NCBI GenBank assembly: GCA_963514005.1
Contig: OY740782.1
Coordinates: forward strand, 71,424,001-71,488,000
DNA: 64,000 nt
Direction of reading: 5' to 3'
Source: Raja brachyura
Taxonomy: Eukaryota
Part shown: piece after piece, positions 24,639 through 39,000 of the stretch
How the letters are laid out: every line of letters starts with the position of its first letter
How positions within the stretch are numbered: the stretch's first letter is position 1
Notes under the pieces: generated by a model
Databases searched by the model: none
The model's input: the letters and a program-made list of their open reading frames with translations, nothing else
Told to the model about the DNA's origin: nothing
Made by a program: the position numbers and the translations under genes

Positions 24639-25498
24639 AATTGGCCTTTGACAGCGGGTATGTGACAATCCAATTAGATTAGTGTGGGTGCACACTATGG
24701 GTGCAGAGATTGGGAAGTGAGCTGGATGATCCAGTCAATTAAACTCTGATCCTGTCAAAAAAAACAAGATCTTTTCTGCTCTGCAAATCATCTTCTCACA
24801 CCCCTCTTGCTTGTCCTCTCCACATTCATCTCCAACAAGAGCAATAATTCTTGAACTTCTTTGATGCTAAGGTTCAGACCATCTAATCATCTGCCTCTGT
24901 CAGTTCCATCTCTTCACCATGTCCACCTAATGCAACTTCCTGAAAGGTTTTCCACTATTCTAGAAACAAAGTCAAGCTTCTATATTATCTCCCCTATCTT
25001 CCATCCCTGAACCCACCCACACTATGAGATACATCTTCCTCTTCCTTGACTATGTCCATTGTGATGAAGTGCTTAGAGACAGGGCCGGCCTTAAGCCAAT
25101 TGGAGCAATTGCACCCAATTGGGCCCCGCACCTAAGGGGGCCCCGTGCTAGATTAATCTACTCTTGGCTTGGGTAGATCTACCCAGGATGGAGGGGGAAA
25201 AGAGGGGTGGAGACATAGTAGAGGGGTACAGGGGGAAGAAAGGGGTAGACGGGGAGGGGGATGTTAGGGGGAATGGAGAAGGGGGAGTAGGGGAGGTGGG
25301 TTGTTCCCTCACAGTCCCGGGGCAGCGTTCCCGTCCCTCCAGTTGCCGTGCTTCACGCACACAGCCCCGGCTGCACCCCTCTCTCTCCCTGGGGAGATGC
25401 AGTGAACAATATAGGGAGGGCCGGGCCAGGCGTTGGAGCAACGTTTACAGACCTCGGCCGCAGCTCACACCTATCTGCCTGGACCCCAGCATCCTCTC

Positions 25499-25631
25499 NN
25501 NNNNNNNNNNNNNNNNNNNNNNNNNNNNNNNNNNNNNNNNNNNNNNNNNNNNNNNNNNNNNNNNNNNNNNNNNNNNNNNNNNNNNNNNNNNNNNNNNNNN
25601 NNNNNNNNNNNNNNNNNNNNNNNNNNNNNNN
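25499..25631. other. Assembly gap (133 N)
   Basis: Run of N. Confidence 1.
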
Positions 25632-25680
25632 CCCCCCTCCCCACAAACACATCACGCACAGACAACTAACACACAGACAA

Positions 25681-25682
<2 letters not shown>

Positions 25683-25712
<30 letters not shown>
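25683..25712 (+). repeat. (CA)n microsatellite
   Basis: Direct reading. Confidence 0.95.
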
Positions 25713-25713
<1 letters not shown>

Positions 25714-25939
25714 CTAAGTTAAGTTGGGATAGAAGCCCAAAGGGTAGGATGGGACTGAAGCCCAAAATGTATTGCCTGGACAGGTTTTTCGCCAATTGTT
25801 ATTGGTTTTCCAGGGTCTAGTTAATTAAATTACTTTTTAACTTTTTTAAAATTTCACTGTCACTAAAACAAGTGGTATTGTAACTATGTACTTTTCAGAG
25901 GTGATCTACACATTTTATTTGTTACTTGTAGGCTTACAT

Positions 25940-26938
25940 TAGGTATGTTACAAAACTTACCTTTAGCGGCGCTACAGTTCTGCCGCTCCCCGTGTGCGCG
26001 ACTTTGGCGCCTTTCAGAGGGGGGCGGGCTTAAAGTGCCATTTTTCTTCAGACTGGGCAAATCGATCAATGTTGGGCGATTTCGTTGCGGAAGAAAAATC
26101 GCTCCGACATTTCATTAATGAAGGTATTTTTAAATTACGCTAGATTATTTATTATCTAGAGTAATTTAAAAATCACCTTCAAAAGCCGTGAGTGCCGATA
26201 ACGGGAAGGATTTTGCATAGGGGAGAAAAAAAGGGACACAGTTTATTTATATATTAAAAGTGGGTTTTTATGGAGGCTTTAATAATATTTTCATGTTGCG
26301 AAATGGGGTCCAAAAAAAATGTATGAAATGGCTGTATTTTTCATACCAACTTCACAGCAAACCACAGCATTCCAATCCACCGCATTCCACTAAAACCCAC
26401 TCGCTAGTTGATTTAAATAGCCATTAATTTACAGGCATTAAACACTACATTCCTTCCATTTGGCCCAGAAATTCATGAAAATGAGATTTAAAAATTATGT
26501 TATATTGTGGATTATTGTGTGAATGTTATTTGGACACTTAGACAATTTTAAAAAAAGTTTATCTTTTCTTAAGAAATGGATAGATGTTTAGATCTACTCA
26601 TTGAATTTTGTAATTAGCTACAATTAGATAACTAACTAATTATATGCTTTAATTTCTGGTCATCCAAGTAAGATTGTTTCGTATTTGTTTCAGAATGCTT
26701 CAATCTATAATAACTGGAAATTTCATTGAGGTCTCTTAATTTTTAACAAAGTTATGGGCTTTTAATGGTTCTAGATCACAGCTTTTGAGTTAAGTCAATT
26801 GAAAGGCAATGGGGAGCAAGATGCTAATTTCCGAGTATGAAAATGGTCATAACTTTCTTAATACTGAAGATATGAAAGTGAATTAGGGATAAATTGCAGA
26901 CTTGATTTTTAAGATCTCAAAATTTTGTAACATTGCTA
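25940..26938. mobile_element. Non-autonomous DNA transposon nested in the hAT element
   Basis: Imperfect TIR TAGGTATGTTACAAAA / TTTTGTAACATTGCTA with direct repeat CTTACAT on both flanks (25933-39, 26939-45). Confidence 0.75.
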
Positions 26939-28261
26939 CTTACATGTATGTAATTTTATATTATATTGTAGCTTAGATCTGTTTGGTCCATTAACTCGCA
27001 TGTACATTTTAAGCGCACATTTTGACTACTTTCCATTCTACCATAGAGATATAAAGTCTATAATAGACTTTATTTATATTTCTATGATTCTACAGACCTT
27101 GGCTGGGAACCTGGGCTCGCCAAAATTGTTCCCAATTGGGCCCCGCACCTCCTAAGGCCGGCCCTGCTTAGAGAAGTTGGTTATGATGCATATCAACTCC
27201 TTCCTTAGTAAGGATCTGCCCACATTGACCTTCTGCCACAACAGGTTGACAGTGGATTAGATCTCACTGACTCTCCACACTGCAAGGACCTTAATCAAGA
27301 TGATTTGGTAATAACATTTCCTCTTTAATGACCATCAGCACAACCTCAAGGTTGTGTGCACAGTCCACCCTGTCTATATCTATGACTGCAAAACCTGATG
27401 AGGCATCTTTAAGTTTACAAACAATACTGGGTTGTTGGATGAATAAGAGGCAAAGATAATTCAGCATTGTAGAGGGATATCAATAATCTTGTTGAGTATT
27501 AAATTAATTTAAAGCCTCTTTTTGTTAGGAAAACTCACATGGTGACATTTTTGTAAACATGTATGAAGGGCAAGTACTCTTTCTCCTTTTTGTTTTTGTC
27601 CACCCATCATGTATGGTATTTTCCAATAATAAACACAATTAAGGCTATGAACTGCTCTAAGATTCTCAGAGATATTTAAAAATAGTCATAAGGCCTTTAA
27701 CAGCAGCACGTTCAAGAGCTAAAGTTTTTTTTTTAATGTAATATCTTAATGCATATTTATAAGCATTCAAAGATGAAAGCTTTTATATTTCTGAGGGGGG
27801 TGAGGTTCATTTTTTTGGGGGGAGGTTCATATACTTGTGTATATGCCATCTTTTTACTGCAAACATGTAAAACATATAATTTGAAGGAGGATTAACACAG
27901 TGTCTGATCCATGAATGTGTTGCTAATTGGTCAATATAACAGAACTGGACTGCAATTACTTTCTATGTGAACTCCTTTGAAAGTCAGTGTTCCATGGTTG
28001 TTGACTGTTTTAATTCCAGTTTAAAAATGACCCAACTGGAGTCTAGGTTTACAGGATTAGCTTGGGGAGAAGTTCAGTACTGAAAGTGGGCTTGGACTGT
28101 GTCTGTGTCAAATGGTGCTTAATTGCATACACACTCTGAACATTTGCTTTGCTACATGATGATGCTGGGTGCTCACATTGATGGTATCATTGAGCTTTGT
28201 CCCTCCTCCTTACAAATCTGTTCCCAGAACTTCAGAGCATGATACATAGATTAGACATAAC

Positions 28262-29750
28262 AGCAGCAATTTAATTTCAGAATCTGCTGACGATACAAAG
28301 GTAGGTGGAGGGGCAGATAGTGTTGAGGAAGCAGGTAGTCTGCAGACGGACCTGGTCAGGTTGGGAGAGTGGGCAAAGAAATAGCAATTAGAATACAGCG
28401 TGGCAAAATGTACTGTCATGCACTTTGGTAGAAGGAATAAGAGGTGTACTGTAGGTTACTTTCTAAATGGGGAGAGGATTCGGAAATCAGAGGTGCAAAG
28501 AGACTTGGGACAGTTGGTGCTGGATTCCCAAAAGGTTAATTTGCTGGTTGAATCAGTGGTAAGGAAGGCAGATACAGAACTAGCATTCATTTTGAGGGGA
28601 CGAGAATATAAAAACAAAGATGTAATGTTGAGACTTTATCAGATGCTTATGAGGTTGCGTTTGGGATATTGTGAGCAGTTTTGGGCCCTCTATTTAACTA
28701 AGGATGTATTGAATTGAAATGAATACTTTATTGTCACGTGTGACAAGTCACAGTGAAATTCATTGCTTGCATATCCAAGGAATACAAAGAGTTGCCCATA
28801 AAGGGTGCTTACAAATTTACAAAGTACCCCCTGCATCAGGTCCCCCTTTGTTCTCCTCCCCCTTTCCCCTCCTCCTCCTCACGGCAGTCCCCCGGGTGGT
28901 CCATTGTCCATTGTTCTTCCTCCTCCCTCATGGCAGCCTCCCCATGCCGGGTCCCCCTTTGTTCTTTCCCCTAGCAGCAACATCCTTACTTACACATGTC
29001 AGTTCTCATCCGTCTGTCGGCGGCATCATCGACCGCCACACTGACCTCTCCATTATCGCCGCCAGGCCTTCTCTGGGCACCTCCATGGCGCCGACGCAGA
29101 TCCCAGCCGTGTGCTCCACAGACAAAGTGGCCCTTGGCTGTGGGCTTTGTTAACTTGAGAGTCTCCACCGACCCACGAGGCCCGAGCTCTGACCTGCGAG
29201 GCTCCAACCTGCGAGGCTCTGACCCACTCCGGCCTCGGCTTCTCAGCGGCACCTCCGGAAAGTGTTTGCCACAGCGACATCTCCAGAAGGCAGAAGATGA
29301 GCAGACTTTGGAGAGGGTCCAGGGGAAGTTTATGAGAACTTTTGGGATAATGTATGAGTATTTGAAGGCTCTAGGCTTGTACTCGCTGGAGTTTAGAAGA
29401 ATGACGGGGGATCTTATTGAAACCAACTGAATATTGAAATGCCTAGAGTAGATGTGAAGGAATGAATCCAATAATGGACGAGTCTAGAATTAAAGGATAT
29501 ACTTTCAGAATGGAGATGAGAAATAATTTATTTAGCCAGAGAGTGGTCAATCTGGGGAATTCTTTGCTACAGGTGACAATGGAGGTCAAGACATTTGGAA
29601 TTCTTAAGGTGAAGATTGATAGGTTCTTGAGTAGGAAGGGCATAAAATGTTATGGGGAGAAGGCAGGAGAATGGGGTTGAGAGGGAAAAATAGTTCAGCC
29701 ATGATTGAACAGGCCTACTTTTTCTCCTGTCTTATGGTCGTATGGTTTTA
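28262..29750 (+). mobile_element. CR1 3' part split by an insertion at ~28710-29303
   Basis: SESADDTKVGG...YCEQFWALYLTKDVL | TLERVQGKFMR...YGEKAGEWG, followed by a CR1 tail. Confidence 0.85.
28710..29303 (-). mobile_element. Retroposon (L2/Rex1-type 3' tail) inserted into CR1
   Basis: Minus strand ends ...GTGACAATAAAGTATTCATTTCAATTCAA. The GC-rich body has short tandem repeats and interrupts the CR1 frame. Confidence 0.6.
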
Positions 29751-31116
29751 CTCGCTCTGCTCCAGTATTATAGGAAGTGATGATAGTGTAACGTCTGGTC
29801 AAAGCCCTGTGTAATGTTGGTGCTAGATCCGTGAATGCTCCTCAACATTACCTCTGAATCTTGGCAAGCCCGGCTCAGCATTTACTGAGCAGTACTGTAG
29901 ACATCTTCTGTAGACTCCCACTAAAGTTCTCAATTTTATGCTCTGCAGCAGCCCTTGTCCCTAATGTGAGAAGAAAAAAAGTTTATGGTGGAGGCAGTAC
30001 CTCTCACATTTAAGAAGGAGCTAGATGAAAACTTGAATCACGGATGCATAGAGGGCAACAGGCTACAGTACAAACTGTACGACTTCAATTAGCATAGATG
30101 GATACTTGCTAATAAGCATGGACATTGTGAGCCAAGGAACCAGTTTCCATGTTAAATTACACCAAATCACAAGGTGCATTCTTCGGCATGGAAGAAGTGC
30201 CTGTGTCCATCTTCTGCAGGTTCTAAGATTGTATCTTCTCATTTTCACCAAGGCCACAGTACAGCATTAAAAAGGATCATGCATATTTTAATTTGCGACG
30301 GTAACTTCAAGAGATGCTGCATGCTCATGTTATTGGCCATTTGAAAGATTGTGCAGCAATCATCGGTCCAGTTAGTTATGACTACCTATGATGATCATAT
30401 AAATGATCAATTAGAACAAGGCTATTGTGCTCGCTACATTGAAAGGAATGCATGCTGGTTCGTCCAGCATCAAACGCCTCATGCCTGCTTTTGGGAGCTA
30501 ATCAATTTAAATATCCTTCTTGCCTACGCTGAAATTTTTAGGGCTTTTATGGTTTCTGTACTGAAATGAGCACAAATGAGCTTTTTACATGGCAGATGAT
30601 GCAATTCCCAGAAAATGGCATTCTGTTATGGTAGATAAATGCCTGTCCACATGCATTAAGGTGGTGGAACCTGGAAGAAAGATTTTCTCACATTCATTTC
30701 CTCGGATTGAATATGAATCTGAATTTTAGCTGGCACACATTGTTCAAGTGAAAAAAATATACTGCACAAATATTGTTAGCACTGCTATAAATTCTGATTT
30801 CTCTTGTTTAAGCATCTTTTTGGCCTTATGCCTCTGTATATCTGCAGCAGCCATTCATTGCCCTACATTCTATGCTATCCCCTAGAGCATTCTCTATAAG
30901 ATAAACAGTTAACATGTCAGATTGGAGACTCTTAATGATCGCAAAGTAAAGGATCCCCTCGGAATAGTTGAAGAATAGCAGGACAAAGCCAGGGAATTAA
31001 TAGTGGGAAGTAATGGTAGAAATTATAAATGTTACGTTATAAAAGCTCTCACAGTAGATAATCCTAAAAAAATATATAATGAAGATGTGTTGCATTTGAG
31101 GCAGTACAGAGAGCCT

Positions 31117-31668
31117 ATGTGTAGGTAAAAACTGCAGAAGCTAATTTAAACCGATGATAGACAGCAAAAGCTGTCGTATCTCAGCAGGTCAAACAGCATC
31201 TCTGAAGAAAAAGAATAGATTATGTTTCGGGAAGTGGCTCTTCTTCAGACTGAGAGTCAGGGGAAATGGAAACGAGATATGGATGGTGATGTAGTGAGAT
31301 ATAAAACAAATGCATGAAAGATATGCAAAAAGTTACAATGATAAAGGAAACAGGCCATTGTTAGCTGTGTGCTAGATGAAAACGAGTACAGACAATGAGA
31401 CTCAACTAGACGACTTTGAAGCTGGTACGACTTGGGCAAGGGAGGAATGGAGAGAGAGAGGGGATGCAAAGGTTACTTGAAGTTAGAGAAATCAATATTA
31501 ATACCACTGGGTTGTAAGCTGCCTAAGCGAAATATGAGATTCGGTTCCTCCCATTTCTGTTTGGCCTCACTCTGACAATGGAGGAGGCCTAGGTCAGTGT
31601 GGGAATGGAAAGGAAAATTAAAGTGTTTGGCAACCAGGAGATCAGGTACGACCATGCAGACTGAGCAA
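31117..31668 (-). mobile_element. Penelope-like 3' fragment (GIY-YIG tail + terminal region)
   Basis: LLVAKHFN...LGLLHCQSE...LIFRLGSLQPSGINIDF, followed by CTGAAGAAGAG...CGAAAC. Confidence 0.82.
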
Positions 31669-32761
31669 ATTGTGTAGGTTAAATGGCCTCTGAAAATTGC
31701 CCCTAGTGTGTAGGGAGTGGGAAAGTGAGAATAGTGTGAGAGGAAGTGAGAGGAGAGGAAAGTGAGAGGAAAGTGAACTAGTGTGAACAGGTGATCAGTG
31801 AGCAGCATGGACTGGGTTTACCAAAGGGTCAATTTCCATGCTGTATCTCTAAGACAGGAAGCCACAGATTTTGTATATTACAGTGGTAGTTCAGAGTTAG
31901 CTGACATCACTCAGGGCTGTCTGAGACAGCAGAGAGTTATACCTTCAGCATATATGTTTAAAAGCTGATAGAAACCTAAATAATTTAATCACACAATACA
32001 AACCCTGTCAGTGTATTGTAATCTTGATGAGTTATTAAATCATGCACTCATGGACAGGTTTGTGTGTGGTCCAAGAACAAAGGGATCCCATTCAACCTGT
32101 GAGGTGAAAACTGTCTTACCTTTGATTTGATGTGTAGAATTGAAACTTTCTTGGAGATGGCCGTCAAAACCACCCTGGAATTTTCTTCTACGCCAGCCAC
32201 AAATGTAATGATAAAGACAAAGGATGAAGTTTTAATCCAGAAAAAAGGACCACAAATGAAACCACCTATTGATACGGATGAATAGGTAGGCATTTCACAT
32301 GCACCTGTTCTTTTATAGAGTCAAAATTTTAATCCTGTCAGAAGTAAGGCCATAGAGCAGCGGTGTAGAACAAAACACACCACAATGGACAGGAGTGTGA
32401 TCTTGAATGAAAAATCAATATAGGGAGTGTGACTTTTTCGTAAGATGTCACTGAAAGAAAAACTGCACGTTATTACAATCACTGCAGATACTGTAGTTAC
32501 TCAGTGGAGCAAGGATGCTACAAGCACAATCATGCAAGACAGCAAGACTTTCAGTTTGACTTGATTGACAGAAATCCAATAGAGATGCAAATTGATATGG
32601 TGCCAGACTGTTCCATTATGGGAAGCAGTTCAGTTACCTATTCTCAATGAAGAACAAGATCAGCCTTAAGAGTTATTTAAGACAAGTTTTGAAAGGCTTG
32701 GGACAGGTGTAAGGCACAGTATGCAACAATAAGTCACCCATTCTTGTGTCAGACTACACCA

Positions 32762-33040
32762 AATTTAGCTTAGTTTAGTTTAGTTTATTATTGTCACTTG
32801 TACCGAGGTACAGTGATAGACTTTTGTTTGCGTGCAATCCAGTCAAAGAAAAGACTATACATGATTACAGTCAAGTTGTCCACAGTGTACAGATACATGA
32901 TAAAAGGTACAGCATTTAGTGCAAGATAAAGTCCATTAAAGTCTGATTACAGATAGTTTAAAGGTCTCCAATGAGGTCGATGGAGGGTCAGGACTGCAGT
33001 CTTGAAGATGAGAATACCGTTTTATTGCCTGATTACAGCT
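32762..33040 (-). mobile_element. Rex1/L2-type LINE 3' end
   Basis: (CTAAA)n tail and ACTGTACCTCGGTACAAGTGACAATAA terminus on the minus strand. Related pieces lie at 18500-18745, 34420-34510 and 51415-51705. Confidence 0.65.
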
Positions 33041-36000
33041 GCGAGGTTTCAGTTTTGGGAAATGATTATCATGCAAAATTGAAACTCAGTTAAAAGGTGC
33101 GTGGGCATGCCAAAGTTATGTTCTGCAACACTGTTTTTGCACAATAATCACCTGATACAGCTAAAACAGATGTAAAACTGCCAAAAATTAAGCAAAGAAG
33201 AACTATTGGTGGAATTCAGCATATGTGAAAGCAAAAGGACAATTGATGTTTCAGGTTGCGACATGCATCAGGATGTCTGAAATTTAATGTCAGTTCCTTG
33301 TTGCTTGAAGAACCAAGTGAAGAAGAGGTTGAGAAATTGGAGAAAAAAAATTGGGGGGGTCAAATTAGACCACTTCATTCACATACTGAAAACATTAAGG
33401 TTATGAGCTGACTACAAGATAACATTGACTTAGACAGTACATGATGAATTACATTCTTCAACTTCCCTGAATTTCTATTTGCAGGTGATGGGATCACAAA
33501 AATTGCACTGTGCACACTTATGACCAGGTAAAGAAGAATGGGAAACTCAAACAACAGTCAATATGCATCTACATTAAATTGTATGCAGTTAGATTCTCAA
33601 TAAAAATACGCCAGCCCAACCTCACAGACTCACAGAGTCATAGAGTCCCAGGAAAACACAGTGCATTAATCTAGTGAGTCTGCACTGCAATGGGCAGTGG
33701 GCAGGTGCTATAGACCTGGAAAAGGCTCCAGGAGTAAACCTCAAGAAAATCCGGAGTCGGTGTCTACAACCTCGCTCTGACAGCTCCTGCGACGGCGCTG
33801 GTGCCAAACTGTAATGGCCCTGTTGTTCCTTTGGATCGATTAGCGACGTGGAGAGGGGGAACGTGCTGCATGGCCATCAGCCAGTCCTCCATATGACATT
33901 GCCCAGGCTTGCACCCGACCAGGATGCATCACCCATGGTCAGTCATGACCAAGGGGTGCCTACTGCATTGCCCTATACAAAATTTTACAGAATATTGCCA
34001 TTTTTGTGTGCAGTGAAGATAATGGCTAATGAAGCGATCAGGTAGATACTATATAAGGCAATGCACTTTGCCTGATGTTAAAACCATTTATGGCATTGCA
34101 AGTAGAGCCCACCCAACTGAGATCTAGTAATGGGATGAGCATTAAGGATAAGAACAGTCAAAGCATCTGAAAATAAATACCTGAAAGACTTCAACACTTC
34201 AGTGTAACTCTGATTTGAGTGGTCCAATTTCCTCAAAAAACATGTTTTCCAATTTCCCAACCTTAATTGCATTTCTTCCACCGCTTGCATATTGCTTCTG
34301 TGCACTCCTGATGCATGGCCTTGTGGTCCTCATTATCATTCTTCTTGATGGACCAGAGACAGCCAAGAGTCAAAGGAGATGTTGTGTTTTATCAAAGAGG
34401 TTTCAAGTGTGTCAAGATTCAAGAGAGAGTCAGGAGTGATATATTGTCATATGTACCAAAACAGAACAATGACTTTCTTACAACAGCACAACAGGTTTGT
34501 AAACACAGTATTAATTTGAGCACATCAAATAAATTATTCCTTATCCTGCATGGAATGTGAAGGATTTTGCAGAGATAACAACGGTGAGAGTTTTTAAGTT
34601 GCCAGTTAGGGCAGATCTCAGGGTAGCCCATCGACTGTGGGTATTTTGGAGCTCCAGTAGATTGGGCGCTGGCATATTATTTATGGGATGCTCTCTGAGC
34701 AGAGCTGTCTTGTATGGCTCTACTGTTGCTTCTATATTGGGACAAGATTGACAAGATAATAGAGTGGATGAAACTATGGTCAGCCCAGCTGTTACTGGGG
34801 TCGGTCATAGTGATGGTTTCTCATTCAGAAGATGAATTAATCTACCAATGCTTAGACTAGAGCCTTGGAACGGGCCCTCTGCTTGGACTAGGGCCTCTGC
34901 TGAAACAGATTGTTTTATGTTATACTGAAGCCATGCTCCAATCATTTTGTCAAGGAGCCCTCCGGAGATAGTTTTTGTTACTTCATCCTTACTGACTATG
35001 GATAGCCAGAGCCTTTTACACCCCTTCCCACCCTGGCTTTGCCCAGGAGGAGATATTTGACTCCATTTGGTGTGTAGAATACACCTTTTTCAACATTGAA
35101 TGGAAGCCCTCCTTGGTTTGTCTGAAGTTTCTACAGTTGTTCTATATGCACTAATGACCATAGCATATTGGTTGTATGTTAGAAGGTGTCAATGGATCAT
35201 AGGCCATTCTGTAATTCCACAGGAGGAGTTGCTGAGATACCAGACTAGCTCTTTCTTAATGGTGAAGTTGGTATTCCACTTCCAGTTTGTCCCTCCAAAA
35301 GGAAGTATTTTAACCACTTGCATTTTAAGCTGGTCATCTCCCCCTCAATGTTTCTCACTCAGAGGCAATTTCAATGTAGAATTGTCTGGGTTCCTGAGCT
35401 GTGACAACAAAGCAGTGTTCTGATCAGCTGCTGTTGGGACTGTCCATAATGGCCTTGACATTGCACGCCCTGAACTCATGTGGTAAACTGGATGTTGCCT
35501 GTGCATGGTTTATTTTAATGTAGCCATTGCACATTAACTAGTACACAATCTGTGCAGTGCAAGGTCTTGATGAATTGGTGAGGCGAAGCAAGGGGACTGG
35601 AAACCAGTCTGATGAAGCATCAAGAAGAACCAGGCTGCTCAGACCACCATGCCACTGGTGCCCATGAAGTGCTCATGAATACCTCTGGGTCTGATGAAGG
35701 GTTTTGACCCAAAACATCATGTATCCATAATCTCCAGAGATGCTGCCTGAGCTGTTGAGTTACTCCAGCACTTTGTGTCCATTCATGAATACCAATTCTA
35801 TTTTGTGTCATGTGATCTACATTGTTCCTTGCCTTGGCAATGCAATTGTTCATCAATGGACTCAGTGCTGCACCTTTGCCAACATAGTGAATGCAACCAT
35901 TTCAGTGGGCTGGCAACTCCTCCTCTTTGGTCAATGGGTTACCTTGCTTTCTGCTGGATGTGATAAAAAGCTTCTGTCTCTTTCTCTCTCTCCATATTCC

Positions 36001-39000
36001 AGAGTTAACTCTACAAGATAAGCTCAACAAGCTCAGAACATGGCCAAGTAGGCAACCTTATACACAAGTCATTGGGCTGAGCAGAGCAGCACGGTCTAAC
36101 AAAAGGGAAAGGGAGAGGCAGCACCCTGCATCACATCTGGCAGAATGTGATGAGACCATAGGATGTGGGTGATCTGTCAACAGAAGGAGCAGGGCCTGCC
36201 AATCATCAGCAATGACCCAAGGTCACTGCACAGGTCAGGGTGCAGTACGGAGACCTGAATGCTGAGTGGCCACACCTCTCCATTCAATGGCAGTCCTTAC
36301 GTGCAGACTGTTTCACACTGAGCCATGATTCTTTGCTGCATTGCCAGAGTTTGCACCAGACTCCCTTTACTCCAGTGTACAGTCCTAGTGAGCATCATTA
36401 TATTACAGTACAGCATTATTCTGAGAGTGTTCAGATTGGAGCAATAACTTTGCTGTAATGTATCAGTCATCTGCAGTGTAGCCACCAAGCGAGATACTGG
36501 TGTAAAACTGGAGCAGAACTAAAGCAAGGGATCAGTTGTTATCATTTAATGTATCCATTCATTGGGGTCTGAAATGTTTCCTCACTGTCTCTCCTCTACT
36601 TGTTATTATCTAAAATTGTGATGAACTTACATCCTTGTCTGGGTGGCATCCGGAGAGAACCACAGGGCTTCAGCACCGGTCTCCCCGAAACCCCAGAAAA
36701 AAACTCTAACTTTGACTTTGGAGTGTGGGAGGAAACCGAAGATCTCGGAGAAAGACCACGCAGGTCACGGGGAGAACGAACAAACTCTGTAGTTGGGATC
36801 ATAATGTTTATGGTTAAAATCAAAGAATTGCTTGTAGTAGACAAGCAAAAATCCTTATGGGTAGTTCAGTGTGGGGGTGAAACCATTTAAATCCCTGATC
36901 ACTATGAACAGTTTCCATCTGCCTACTACACAAACCTATGCATGGAAATCGATTTGATATAACATGTAAGAAGAGTTAATAAAAGTATAAGTTGAATGGG
37001 AAATTAGTCATCAACTGAGACCAAGGAACTCTCACCAGGGCCTCCTTTTACAGTCGGCATCGGTATGGTGGGCTGAAGGCCCTTTTTTTATGCCACATGA
37101 CTGATATTCAATGTCAGGCACACAATTTACTTAAAATAATTAATTTCAACAGTGAGATCTCAAATTAGTTAAATAACTCATGTTTAGCAAATTCACCAGG
37201 CTATGTTGTGGACTAGCACCTCAAAAAAATCATTATCACGGAGCCAATGTACAATCAGAGCACAAGAATGAAGAACAATACATGTTTGGCACATGCAAAC
37301 CGCCAGATGGGGAGGAAAACCTCTGCAAAGACTGGCGTGCTTGAAGAGAGAATGTAATGGAGATCTGCAATATACGTTTGGATCATCTACCCTGAGGCCA
37401 GTATCAGTGCTGGGATGGGAGTGGATTTTGGTTTAGCTAAGGATTTCAGACAAGGATCATGCCCAAACTAAAGGACAGATTGGGTTGAAAATACTGTCAA
37501 GGATCAGTGAGAGTTTGAGGGGAGAGGGTTTAGGCTTTGAAACTAAGAGTAGGTGCAATGGATGTGGGAACAGGAAAAAAAGTGACAATGGGGGAAAGTT
37601 AAGCTGACCAAAACACTGTCCAGCTGTTCCAGATTGATGTTTGCGATGACAATAGTCAAGCTTGTCTTTCTTGAATGCTTCCAGAATTGTTGCTGGCTGG
37701 ATCAGGTTAAGGCAATCTTAGAAGGGTGGGAGTGAGAGAAGAGATGGTGGGAGTTTCAAACACGCAAATTCATAGAATCTAACCCTGTTCCAGCAAAGAT
37801 AAAGGAGGAAATTACTTTTTTTTAAACTTAATACGACCAGTAGCAAATTTCTGAGTGGATATAAATGGAAATTTTCCCTGCAATCTATTGGGGCGTTATG
37901 AAACTTAAGGTCAGACTCTGGGCAGAGCTGTCCTTAAAACATAACATTACATTTTAGTCACAGTAAAACAACATTACTGCCAAGACTTTATTCTTTTTAT
38001 GCCATCACTTGTTTTTTTTTAACGATAAAGATTTTAATCTGGAATCTGTGCCTTTTGTTAATTTTCCCACTGATTTATTTTTCTTCACATTTCTTTAATT
38101 GATTGTTTTTTATTGGAACTTATCACTGTAAAATATGGAAATAAATGAACAGTGATCTCAACAAAATGTCACATCATAAATAGTTCCATTGCCTTGCTGG
38201 CGTACAGTGATCCTTTTTAACAGCTGCTTTGATTTAATTTAAATGTTATTATAATTTAGTGCCTAACCCCACGAGATGACCCAGAGTTTAAAGAGAAAGG
38301 TCCTTTTTCACTCCCTAGTTTGTGTTGGATTTCATTTTGAATATTTCATAGTGATTCAAGTGTGGTTGACTCTTTTCCAGGATGGTTACATCATGCTGTC
38401 AAACTGTCAATTGCTACAGTCATACTGGCACCTTGACATCCACTTAACTGGGGTGAAGTGACTGGTAGCTAGGCTGGTGCAGAGCACTTTAAAATGCATG
38501 TTAAAAACTAATTGCCCTGATTTGTATTCAAATATGCACAGTTCCTTTTAAGAAAAGCAAAACAGCATAAAGATTCAATTTTCAACCCATTTTAAAAACC
38601 TGACACAGAGTTCTGGATCTTTTAAATTGAAGAATAAACTGAAAAGAAGCATAAGCATTATTTCGTATTGTAACAGTTGATATATGATAAAAAAACATTC
38701 AGCATAGATCTGAAGTTTAATACCATAGTAAGGATTAGACACCCCATAAATTCTCTGTAAATGATTTCTACGGAGCAAACAACCAGAAAAACAGTGTTCC
38801 TTCTGCAGAATATGTTGCCATAAAATAGTCAAATGTGTTACTATGTCCAAGTGCCAATGAAAGCTTTCAATTGGAGATCATCTAAATCACATTACTCAGT
38901 GGAAATCAAAATTTAGACTGTATGATGTGAAGATTTGACATTGTTTGCAAATTATCCATGAAGCAATGCAAAGAAATAGCTAAAATGTGTTTGTGTTTTT

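Larger units (their letters stand above)
25080..27166. mobile_element. Non-autonomous hAT DNA transposon
   Basis: TIR CAGGGCCGGCCTTA / TAAGGCCGGCCCTG, exact 8-bp TSD CTTAGAGA (25072-79, 27167-74) and subterminal repeat CCCAATTGGGCCCCGCACCT at both ends. Confidence 0.92.

Noticed and set aside
25148-25820. ORFs spanning the N run
   Set aside because: Artefacts of the assembly gap and simple repeats within a hAT element.
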